64,000 nucleotides of DNA. Source: Steroidobacteraceae bacterium. Lineage in GTDB: Bacteria; Pseudomonadota; Gammaproteobacteria; Steroidobacterales; Steroidobacteraceae. The stretch covers positions 1,475,871 through 1,539,870 of the forward strand of contig OZ257256.1 of the NCBI GenBank assembly GCA_965279665.1. The letters are read 5' to 3'. Each line of letters begins with the position of its first letter. Position 1 is the first letter of the stretch. The position numbers and the translations under genes are program-made. Below are positions 46,158 through 54,230 of this stretch, one piece after another. Below the pieces are notes generated by a model, which saw only the letters and a program-made list of their open reading frames with translations, was not told the origin of the DNA and searched no databases.

Positions 46158-48146
46158 GTGACTCGGGATTCGGCACGCAGCCAGGTCGGATCGTTGTTCA
46201 GAGGCCTTCTGGAGTTGCCGCGATTGCGCAAGCAACTCCTGATGCTGCTGTCCGATCTGGTCATGATGCCGCTGGCTCTGTGGTCCGCATTCGTCTTGAA
46301 ATTCGAGTCGCTGGTGCCGGCATTCATCGGTTGGCCAATGATGCTGGCCGTATCTGGGTTGGCCGCAGTGCCGATCTTTCTGAAACTCGGCCTTTACCGA
46401 GCGGTGGTTCGATACTTCGGATTGAACGCGATTTTCGCCGTGATCGGCGGCGTCACCTTGTCAGTACTGGTTCTGGCGGCGGTGGATCGCTTCTCCGGCG
46501 TCGATGCACTGACTCCTTCCCTGCTGGCGATCTACTGGGCGTTGGGAACGCTCTACGTCGGTGGTACCCGCATGGTCATGCGGTATGCCTTCAACCGTTA
46601 CACGGGACGCCATGCGGAGCGCGTGGCGATTTACGGCGCGGGGGAAGCTGGCGCGCAGTTGGCTGCTGCCCTGATGGGAGGGCGAGAGTGCTGGCCTGTG
46701 GCGTTCATCGATGACAAGCGAGCGCTGCATGGAACGGTGATCCACGGCGTCGAGGTTTTCGGGCCCGAGGCGCTCCAGCACCTCGTGCACCAGCGAGATA
46801 TTCGAGGTGTATTGCTCGCGATTCCGACAGCGTCTCGCCGGCGGAAGCGAGAGATACTTGCGCTGCTGGAGCCGTTGGGCCTGCATGTCAGGTCGCTGCC
46901 CGACATGTCCGACATTCTGACCGGACGTGCCGCGACGAACGAAGTACGGGAAGTCGATGTTGCGGATCTGTTGGGCAGGGATCCCGTACCGCCTAGCCCG
47001 CGTCTGTTCGACGCCTGCATCCGCGGCAAATCGGTCATGGTCACCGGTGCCGGCGGGTCCATCGGATCCGAACTGTGCAGGCAGATCGTGCGCGTGCAGC
47101 CGACCCGGCTCGTTCTTTACGAGAGCTCGGAGATCGCGCTGTACCAGATCGATCAGGAACTCGCGGGCATCCTGAAGCGAGAGAACCTGAAGGTCGAGGT
47201 GGTCTCTTTGCTCGGAAACGCTCATCACCGCGACCGCGTGCTCGACGTGATGACGACCTACCGTGTCCAGACCGTCTACCACGCGGCCGCGTACAAGCAC
47301 GTCCCGATCGTCGAGCAGAACGTCATCGAAGGCGTGCACAACAACGTTGTGTCCACATGGAATACCGCGGAAGCGGCGATGGAAGCGCAGGTTGAAACTT
47401 TCCTGCTGATTTCCACCGACAAAGCGGTGAACCCGACGAATGTGATGGGCGCGACCAAGCGCGTCGCGGAAATCGTTTTGCAGGGTCTGCACCAGCGCTC
47501 TACCAGGACCCGCTTCTGCATGGTCCGATTCGGCAACGTGCTCGCTTCATCCGGTTCTGTTGTGCCGCGTTTCTATGAACAGATTCGTGCCGGTGGCCCG
47601 ATCACGGTCACGCACCCGGACGTCACCCGGTATTTCATGACAATTCCGGAAGCCGCGCAGCTCGTTATCCAGGCGGGTTCCATGGCACGAGGCGGTGATG
47701 TGTTCGTGCTCGACATGGGGAAGCCCGTCAAGATCGACGAACTTGCGCGTCGTATGGTCAACCTCATGGGCATGACGGTTCGGAATGACGCAAACCCTGA
47801 CGGCGACATCGAGATCGCGTATACGGGGCTGCGTCCTGCGGAAAAACTTTACGAAGAATTGCTGATCGGCAACAACGTTTCCGGCACGGACCACCCCATG
47901 ATCATGCGCGCAGTCGAGCACGCGCTGCCGTGGGAAGAAGTCGAGTCCTGGCTCAAGGAGATGATGTCGGCCCTTCGCGGATTCGACTGCGAACGTGCCC
48001 TGCAGCTTCTGCAGCGCGCTGTCATCGAGTACGAGACGTCGCCGGAGCTCCACGATCTCGTAACCCTCGAAAAACGTGATCTGGCCGCCGAGCAGCGCAA
48101 GGTCACCGATCTGCAGTCCCGGCGTGCCCGTCAGGGCCTGAACTAG
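46158..48146 (+). CDS. wbpM: membrane-anchored UDP-HexNAc 4,6-dehydratase (CapD/WbpM/PglF family)
   Basis: Four N-terminal TM helices, 'VAIYGAGEAG', 'VMVTGAGGSIGSEL' and 'VMGATKRVAE'. 662 aa is the typical length. Confidence 0.92.
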   Translation: MTRDSARSQVGSLFRGLLELPRLRKQLLMLLSDLVMMPLALWSAFVLKFESLVPAFIGWPMMLAVSGLAAVPIFLKLGLYRAVVRYFGLNAIFAVIGGVTLSVLVLAAVDRFSGVDALTPSLLAIYWALGTLYVGGTRMVMRYAFNRYTGRHAERVAIYGAGEAGAQLAAALMGGRECWPVAFIDDKRALHGTVIHGVEVFGPEALQHLVHQRDIRGVLLAIPTASRRRKREILALLEPLGLHVRSLPDMSDILTGRAATNEVREVDVADLLGRDPVPPSPRLFDACIRGKSVMVTGAGGSIGSELCRQIVRVQPTRLVLYESSEIALYQIDQELAGILKRENLKVEVVSLLGNAHHRDRVLDVMTTYRVQTVYHAAAYKHVPIVEQNVIEGVHNNVVSTWNTAEAAMEAQVETFLLISTDKAVNPTNVMGATKRVAEIVLQGLHQRSTRTRFCMVRFGNVLASSGSVVPRFYEQIRAGGPITVTHPDVTRYFMTIPEAAQLVIQAGSMARGGDVFVLDMGKPVKIDELARRMVNLMGMTVRNDANPDGDIEIAYTGLRPAEKLYEELLIGNNVSGTDHPMIMRAVEHALPWEEVESWLKEMMSALRGFDCERALQLLQRAVIEYETSPELHDLVTLEKRDLAAEQRKVTDLQSRRARQGLN

Positions 48147-48181
48147 TCTGGTTGTAACCGGATTCGCCTAGAATCCTTCGG

Positions 48182-49603
48182 ATGCTGACCCCCGTCATCC
48201 TGTCCGGCGGTGCCGGAACCCGGCTCTGGCCGCTGTCCCGCGAGCTGCACCCGAAGCAACTCCTGGCCCTCACGAGCTCACGCACGATGCTGCAGGAAAC
48301 GGCGGCGCGCCTGGCCGGCATGCCGGCCGTGGCGGCGCCGGTGGTGGTCTGCAACGAGGCTCACCGCTTCATGGTGGCGGAGCAGATGCGCCAGCTCGGC
48401 ACGGCGCCTTCGGCCATCGTGCTCGAGCCGGCAGGCCGCAACACGGCGCCGGCGATTGCGCTTGCGGCGCATGCAGCGCTGGCGGCCTCGGGCGAGGGCG
48501 CGCTGATGCTGGTGCTGCCAGCGGACCATGTGATCCGGAACGTCGCAGCCTTTCAGGCGGCGGTGAAGGCGGCGCTGCCGGCGGCTGAAGCGGGCAAGCT
48601 GGTCACCTTCGGCATCGTGCCTTCGGCGCCGGAGACGGGCTACGGCTATATCCGTCGCGGCGGCGGTGTCGGTCCGATCTATCCGATCGTCCAGTTCGTC
48701 GAGAAGCCGGATGTCGCTCTGGCGAAGCAGTTCGTCGCGGCGGGGGACTATCTCTGGAACAGCGGCATGTTCCTGTTCCAGGCGAGGCGTTATCTGCAGG
48801 AGCTCGAGAAGTTCGCGCCGGACATCGCGAAGGTGTGCGCGACGGCCTATGCCGCGAGCACGCGGGATCTCGATTTCACGCGCATCGATGCGAAGCACTT
48901 CGAGCCCTGCCGCAGCGATTCGATCGACTACGCGGTGATGGAGAAGACGGCGGACGCGGTGGTCGTGCCGCTCGATGCAGGCTGGTCGGACGTCGGTTCC
49001 TGGTCCTCCCTGCACGATGCGGTTCCGCAGGACGCGAATGGCAACGTATTGCATGGCGATGTGATCGCGGAGGATTCCGAGGGCTGTTACGTGTATGCGG
49101 ACAGCCGCCTCGTGGCGACGGTAGGCCTGAAGGATCACGTCGTGATCGAGACCAAGGATGCGGTGCTGGTGGCGCCGAAGGACAAGGTCCAGGACGTCAA
49201 GAAGCTGGTGGCGCGGATCAAGGCGGAAGGTCGTGGCGAGCACCTGCTGCATCGCGAAGTGTTCCGGCCCTGGGGCAGCTACGACAGCATCGATGCGGGC
49301 GACCGCTTCCAGGTGAAGCGGCTGACGGTGAAGCCGGGTGCGTCGATGTCGCTGCAGCTGCATCATCATCGTGCGGAGCACTGGATCGTGGTCTCGGGTA
49401 CGGCCCGGATCACGCGCAACGATGAGGTGTTCCTGCTCGAGGAAAACCAGTCCACGTACATCCCGGTGGGCGCGAAGCATCGCATCGAGAATCCGGGAAA
49501 GATCCGGCTGCACATGATCGAAGTGCAGTCCGGCAGCTATCTTGGCGAGGACGACATCGTCCGCTTCGAGGATCGTTACGGGCGGGAAGGGTCGGGGAAA
49601 TAG
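48182..49603 (+). CDS. manC: mannose-1-phosphate guanylyltransferase / mannose-6-phosphate isomerase (type II PMI)
   Basis: '[17 protein letters not shown]', 'EKPD', 'RPWGSYDSI', and the cupin '[16 protein letters not shown]'. Confidence 0.95.
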   Translation: MLTPVILSGGAGTRLWPLSRELHPKQLLALTSSRTMLQETAARLAGMPAVAAPVVVCNEAHRFMVAEQMRQLGTAPSAIVLEPAGRNTAPAIALAAHAALAASGEGALMLVLPADHVIRNVAAFQAAVKAALPAAEAGKLVTFGIVPSAPETGYGYIRRGGGVGPIYPIVQFVEKPDVALAKQFVAAGDYLWNSGMFLFQARRYLQELEKFAPDIAKVCATAYAASTRDLDFTRIDAKHFEPCRSDSIDYAVMEKTADAVVVPLDAGWSDVGSWSSLHDAVPQDANGNVLHGDVIAEDSEGCYVYADSRLVATVGLKDHVVIETKDAVLVAPKDKVQDVKKLVARIKAEGRGEHLLHREVFRPWGSYDSIDAGDRFQVKRLTVKPGASMSLQLHHHRAEHWIVVSGTARITRNDEVFLLEENQSTYIPVGAKHRIENPGKIRLHMIEVQSGSYLGEDDIVRFEDRYGREGSGK

Positions 49604-49732
49604 TGGTGCCGCGAGGCCGCTCGCTGCCGCGGGATTCCTCGGCCTTCGCACGAGATTTGCAGCTCGTTGGGCGAAGTATCGGCCGCTAGCATTTCCGCCG
49701 TACGCCGCCAGTCGGCTCGCGGAGATCCTCCC

Positions 49733-50368
49733 TTGAATTTCAGGCTCGTTCTGTACGAAGCTCTGGCTAGCGCCAACGTCCCGAGTGATCAGGCTCGTGC
49801 GGTCGTGGAAGCGCTGGAGCACGAGATGTACACGGTGCTGGCGACGAAGTCTGATCTTGCGGCGAGCATGGAGCTCTTCAAGGAGCAGCTCGCGCGCTAT
49901 TCAGCCGAGATCCGTCAGGAACTGGCGGAACAGGACGGGCTGACTCGAAAAGAGTTCTATCAGCAGTTCGCTGAGTCGAACGCGAGCGTTCGTAGGGAGC
50001 TGCGTGAAGCGGTCGCCGGGCTCGCGAGTCAGGAGCAAGTGGCGAGTCTGCGGGCGGAGCTGGGGCTGCAGATGTCGTCCTCTGTGGCGGAGCTTCGGTC
50101 GGAGCTTCGGTCGGAGCTCAGTGAACGGATGGCCGGTCTCGCCCGAAAGGATCAGCTGGCAGCGGTGCACGCGGAGCTCAGCGAGCGGATGACGCTCATG
50201 GCCACGCGTGACCAGGTCAAGGGCCTGGTGACCTATGAGCAGTTTGATGCGGCTCTGACATCGGTTCGCAAGGAAATGGAACTGCTTCGGGCCGGCATGA
50301 CGATCCGCCTCGGGTCCATGCAAGCCATCGGACTCGGTGTGCTGTTCGCAGCGTTGAAGCTGACCTGA
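49733..50368 (+). CDS. DUF1640/CCDC90-like coiled-coil protein with a C-terminal TM anchor
   Basis: The TTG at 49733 follows GGAG. 'LYEALASANVPSDQARAVVEALEHEM..LATKSDL' resembles the DUF1640 N-terminus. It has repeated 'SELxERMxxLAxxDQ' heptad-like segments and a C-terminal 'AIGLGVLFAALKL'. The ORF track starts at 49667. Confidence 0.5.
   Translation: MNFRLVLYEALASANVPSDQARAVVEALEHEMYTVLATKSDLAASMELFKEQLARYSAEIRQELAEQDGLTRKEFYQQFAESNASVRRELREAVAGLASQEQVASLRAELGLQMSSSVAELRSELRSELSERMAGLARKDQLAAVHAELSERMTLMATRDQVKGLVTYEQFDAALTSVRKEMELLRAGMTIRLGSMQAIGLGVLFAALKLT
50089..50112 (+). repeat. perfect 12-bp tandem duplication inside the coiled-coil gene
   Basis: GGAGCTTCGGTC occurs twice (50089-50100 and 50101-50112), followed by a partial third copy GGAGCT. 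It encodes (A)ELRSELRSEL. Confidence 0.9.
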
Positions 50369-50386
50369 CCGAGACCCTGCGTCACC

Positions 50387-50779
50387 CTAGGCAAGCTTCA
50401 GCGCTGAGATCTTCGCGATCTCAGTGAAATCCCGATCGCGCGTCAGCAGTTCATGGCCCCCCTTGAGACAGGCCTGCGCGATCAGGCAATCCAAAATTGA
50501 TCGAATCGTCACGCCGCGCACCCGGCAACGCCGGTACAGATCGGCAGCGGCGCGATAGTCCTCCCATTGCAGTTCGGGCAACGTCTCCAGGCCGCCGAGC
50601 AGGTCCGAAATCCGGGCGCACTCCCGATCAGAGTGAATGCCCATCAGCAATTCGGTGACGACGACGTCCGGCACGGCCACCGGCTCATCTTCCGTGAGCG
50701 CGGCGGCCAGACGATTCGTTTCCTGCGATCTGCGACCGCCGAGGAAATCGATCCAGACGGAGGTATCGACGACGAGCAC
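50387..50779 (-). CDS. vapC: type II toxin VapC (PIN-domain ribonuclease), second module
   Basis: 'MLVVDTSVWIDFL', 'VVTELLMG', 'ILDCLIAQ' and 'LTRDRDF' supply the four PIN acidic residues. Confidence 0.88.
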   Translation of the reverse strand: MLVVDTSVWIDFLGGRRSQETNRLAAALTEDEPVAVPDVVVTELLMGIHSDRECARISDLLGGLETLPELQWEDYRAAADLYRRCRVRGVTIRSILDCLIAQACLKGGHELLTRDRDFTEIAKISALKLA

Positions 50780-50791
50780 TGGCCGGGGCCG

Positions 50792-50998
50792 TCAGTCTGA
50801 ACGCGAGCGGCGCAACTGCTCGAGATCGCCTTTCCAATCGATCTTGCCCCGAAGCTCCAGCAGCTTGCGGCGCTTCAGCAGGCGCGCGTACTCGACGAGG
50901 GCGGCGTTGACGGCCGCGCGCTTCGTTTCGAAACGGCCGAGCCGAAGTACGTCCCGCAGCGGCTTGTCGTCGATCTCGATGTGGGTCTTCATGTACAT
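50792..50998 (-). CDS. vapB: type II antitoxin VapB family (DUF2191-like)
   Basis: 68 aa, 'MKTHIEIDDKPLRDVLRLGRFETKRAAVNAALVEYARL'. It lies 12 nt upstream of vapC. Confidence 0.8.
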   Translation of the reverse strand: MYMKTHIEIDDKPLRDVLRLGRFETKRAAVNAALVEYARLLKRRKLLELRGKIDWKGDLEQLRRSRSD

Positions 50999-51022
50999 GA
51001 ATCGTATAGAATCATGTACATC
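50989..51022 (-). promoter_or_regulatory. candidate VapB operator (two palindromic ATGTACAT boxes)
   Basis: A perfect 12-bp palindrome TCATGTACATGA (50989-51000) overlaps the vapB start. A second box, TCATGTACATc (51012-51022), lies 23 bp away centre to centre. Confidence 0.45.
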
Positions 51023-51158
51023 AATGCAGCACTACCTGGAAAGTGTCCGGAATTGCACAGATATTCGATGCCGACTCGGGCATCCTTCCTCCCGAATCCG
51101 TCGGCCGAAGTAACATAATGCCGCCGATGGCCTGCCGTTTCTTCGGAGTGATTGCAGC

Positions 51159-52508
51159 ATGCGCGTAACGATTTTTGGCTCGGGCTATGTCGGTCTGGTG
51201 ACGGGCGCCTGTCTCGCGGATGCGGGCAACGACGTGCTCTGCGTGGACGTGGATGCGAGCAAGATCGAGCGCCTGAATCGTGGCGAAGTGCCGATCCACG
51301 AGCCGGGCCTGGACGCGCTGATCGAGCGCAATGCGAAGGCGGGGCGCCTGCGCTTCACGACGAATGCGGCGGAAGGCGTCGCGCATGGCCTGTTCCAGCT
51401 GATCGCTGTCGGCACGCCGCCGGACGAGGACGGCTCGGCGGACCTGAAGTACGTGCTCGCGGTGGCACGCACGATCGGCGAGAACCTGTCCGAATACCGA
51501 ATCGTGATCGACAAATCCACGGTGCCGGTCGGCACGGCGGACAAGGTTTCTGCGGAGATCGAGGCGGCGCTGGCGCGGCGCAAGGCGTCGGTGGAATTCG
51601 ACGTGGTCTCGAACCCGGAGTTCCTGAAAGAAGGCGCGGCGATCGACGACTTCATGCGCCCGGACCGCGTGGTCGTGGGCACGAGCAACCCGCGTACGGT
51701 GGAGCTGATGCGCGCGCTGTACGAGCCGTTCACGCGCAACCACGATCGCTTCGTCGTGATGGACGTGCGCTCGGCGGAGCTGACCAAGTACGCCGCTAAC
51801 GCGATGCTCGCGACCAAGATCAGCTTCATGAACGAGCTGTCGCGTATTGCCGAGAAGGTCGGCGCGGACATCGAGAAGGTCCGCGTCGGCATCGGCTCGG
51901 ATTCGCGCATCGGCTACAGCTTCATGTATCCAGGCGCCGGCTATGGCGGCTCGTGCTTCCCGAAGGACGTGCAGGCACTGGCGCGCACGGCGGCGGGGCA
52001 GGGCCTCAAGACTCCATTGCTGGAAGCGGTCGAGACGGTGAACCGCACGCAGAAGCAGGTGCTGTTCGAGAAGATCTCGAACCATTTCGGCGGCAAGCTT
52101 GCAGGGCGCACGATCGCGCTGTGGGGTCTGGCGTTCAAGCCGAACACGGACGACATGCGCGAGGCCTCGAGCCGCGTGCTGCTGGAGCAGCTGTGGGCGG
52201 CAGGCGCCACGGTGCGCGCCTATGACCCGGTGGCGATGGACGAGACGCGTCGCATCTACGGCGCGCGGCCGGATCTCATCTACGTGAATTCCGCGCTGGA
52301 GGCCGTGGCCGGCGCCGATGTGCTCGCGATCGTCACCGAGTGGAAGGAATTCCGCAGCCCCGATTTCGAGGCCCTGAAGGCGAAGTTGAAGCAGCCGGTG
52401 ATCTTCGATGGCCGCAATCTCTATGAGCCGAGCCTGGTGGCGCGGTTTGGCCTCGAGTACTACGCGATCGGCCGCGGCCGGTCGATCGAACAGGGGAAGT
52501 CCAAATGA
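51159..52508 (+). CDS. ugd: UDP-glucose 6-dehydrogenase
   Basis: '[20 protein letters not shown]', '[12 protein letters not shown]' and '[14 protein letters not shown]'. Confidence 0.95.
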   Translation: MRVTIFGSGYVGLVTGACLADAGNDVLCVDVDASKIERLNRGEVPIHEPGLDALIERNAKAGRLRFTTNAAEGVAHGLFQLIAVGTPPDEDGSADLKYVLAVARTIGENLSEYRIVIDKSTVPVGTADKVSAEIEAALARRKASVEFDVVSNPEFLKEGAAIDDFMRPDRVVVGTSNPRTVELMRALYEPFTRNHDRFVVMDVRSAELTKYAANAMLATKISFMNELSRIAEKVGADIEKVRVGIGSDSRIGYSFMYPGAGYGGSCFPKDVQALARTAAGQGLKTPLLEAVETVNRTQKQVLFEKISNHFGGKLAGRTIALWGLAFKPNTDDMREASSRVLLEQLWAAGATVRAYDPVAMDETRRIYGARPDLIYVNSALEAVAGADVLAIVTEWKEFRSPDFEALKAKLKQPVIFDGRNLYEPSLVARFGLEYYAIGRGRSIEQGKSK

Positions 52509-53878
52509 AGCTGTCCGCATTCAAGGCCTACGACGTCCGCGGTCGCATCCCGGATGAGATCAATGCGCAGATGGCCCGCGACATCGGTCGCGCCTATGCG
52601 GCCTTCGTGAAGCCGAAGCGGGTGATCGTCGGGCGGGACATTCGCGCGTCGAGCGCGGAGCTGTGCGCGGCGCTGGCATCGGGGCTCACGGATTCGGGCG
52701 TGGATGTGCTGGACATCGGCCTGTGCGGCACGGAAGGCGTGTACTTCGCCACCTTCGATCAGAAAGTCGACGGCGGCATCATGGTGACGGCGAGCCACAA
52801 TCCGCCGGACTACAACGGCATGAAGTTCGTGCGCGAAGGCTCGCGACCGATCAGCGCCGACACGGGCCTGAACGCGATCCGGGATCTGATCGCTGCGGGC
52901 ACATTGCCGCCGATCGCGGCCGCCAAGGGCACGCTGCGCGAGGTCGAGGCCAATCAGCGCTACCTGAATCATTTGCTGAGCTATGTGGATGTGCCGAAGC
53001 TGAAGAAGCTGAAGGTCGTGGTCAACGCCGGCAACGGCGGCGCGGGGCTGGTCGTGGACCAGCTCGAGCCCCATCTGCCGTTCGAGTTCATCAAGATCAA
53101 TCACCAGCCGGACAGCAGCTTCCCGAACGGCGTGCCGAATCCGATGCTGATCGAGAACCGCAAGGTCACGGCCGACGCGGTGCGCAAGCACGGCGCCGAT
53201 GTCGGACTTGCCTGGGACGGCGATTTCGATCGCTGCTTCTTCTTCGACGAGACCGGCGCCTTCATCGAGGGCTATTACCTGGTCGGCCTGCTGGCCGAAG
53301 TGTTCCTGAAGCGCAAGCCGGGCTCGAGCGTCGTGCACGATCCGCGCGTGATGTGGAACACGATCGACATCGTGAAGTCGCTCGGCGGCACGCCGGTGCT
53401 GTGCAAGTCCGGCCACGCGTTCATCAAGCAGAAGATGCGCGAGGTCGATGGCATTTACGGCGGCGAAATGAGCGCGCATCACTATTTCCGCGATTTCGCC
53501 TACTGCGACAGCGGCATGATTCCGTGGCTGCTGGTGCTGCAGGTGATCTGCGAGTCAGGCAAACCCCTGAGTGCACTCGTCGGTGAGCGCATCGCGAAAT
53601 TTCCGTCGAGCGGCGAGATCAACAATCGCGTACCGGATTCGAAGGCGACGATCGCCGCCGTGCAGAGTCACTACGAGCGCGCCGCGAAGAGCCTGGATTT
53701 CACGGACGGCCTGTCGATCGATCTGGGCGATTGGCGCTTGAATTTGCGGGGTTCGAACACCGAGCCGCTCATTCGACTGAATATCGAGAGTCGCGCGAAC
53801 GCCCCTTTGCTCGCGGAAAAAACTGCCGAAGTGCTCGCACTTCTCGCGACGCTCGGCGCTGTTCCTGCTGATCATTAA
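52505..53878 (+). CDS. manB: phosphomannomutase/phosphoglucomutase
   Basis: '[15 protein letters not shown]' (active-site Ser), '[13 protein letters not shown]' (Mg site), '[10 protein letters not shown]'. ATGA overlap with ugd. Confidence 0.95.
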   Translation: MKLSAFKAYDVRGRIPDEINAQMARDIGRAYAAFVKPKRVIVGRDIRASSAELCAALASGLTDSGVDVLDIGLCGTEGVYFATFDQKVDGGIMVTASHNPPDYNGMKFVREGSRPISADTGLNAIRDLIAAGTLPPIAAAKGTLREVEANQRYLNHLLSYVDVPKLKKLKVVVNAGNGGAGLVVDQLEPHLPFEFIKINHQPDSSFPNGVPNPMLIENRKVTADAVRKHGADVGLAWDGDFDRCFFFDETGAFIEGYYLVGLLAEVFLKRKPGSSVVHDPRVMWNTIDIVKSLGGTPVLCKSGHAFIKQKMREVDGIYGGEMSAHHYFRDFAYCDSGMIPWLLVLQVICESGKPLSALVGERIAKFPSSGEINNRVPDSKATIAAVQSHYERAAKSLDFTDGLSIDLGDWRLNLRGSNTEPLIRLNIESRANAPLLAEKTAEVLALLATLGAVPADH

Positions 53879-54230
53879 GTCGCATAAAAAATAAGTTAAT
53901 GACGACTTCGTGACAGCGTTCTCGCTGTCGCCGTGCGCAGACGTCTGTCGTCGGCAACAGGTTGCCGGCCTTGCTTTCTCACGTTCCAATGCTTGCGACG
54001 AAGATGGCAAACCCGCTGTAAGGCGGGGACGCAAAGCTTCCGGTCTTGCAGGAATCACACTGTGAGATAGCGGGGTTGCCAACTGAGGCGGATCGAAAAC
54101 GATCCACACCAGTTGTCGATTCCTCTCTCGATTTCCTCGCTGTCGCTGCGAGGAACTCGAACGCGAAGTTCCTGTGTTGCTGTCGAAGTCTGATTCGGGA
54201 CTTCCAACTCCAGCATCGGGCGTTCGAGAC

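Noticed and set aside
43952-47492. 322-aa (43952-44920) and 343-aa (46461-47492) minus-strand ORFs
   Set aside because: They are antisense to the WbpK-like reductase and the WbpM-like dehydratase. This is a high-GC artefact.
48278-52520. 514-aa (48278-49822) and 499-aa (51021-52520) minus-strand ORFs
   Set aside because: They are antisense to manC and ugd respectively, both of which have unambiguous signatures. Their composition is Arg/His/Asp-rich and non-protein-like.
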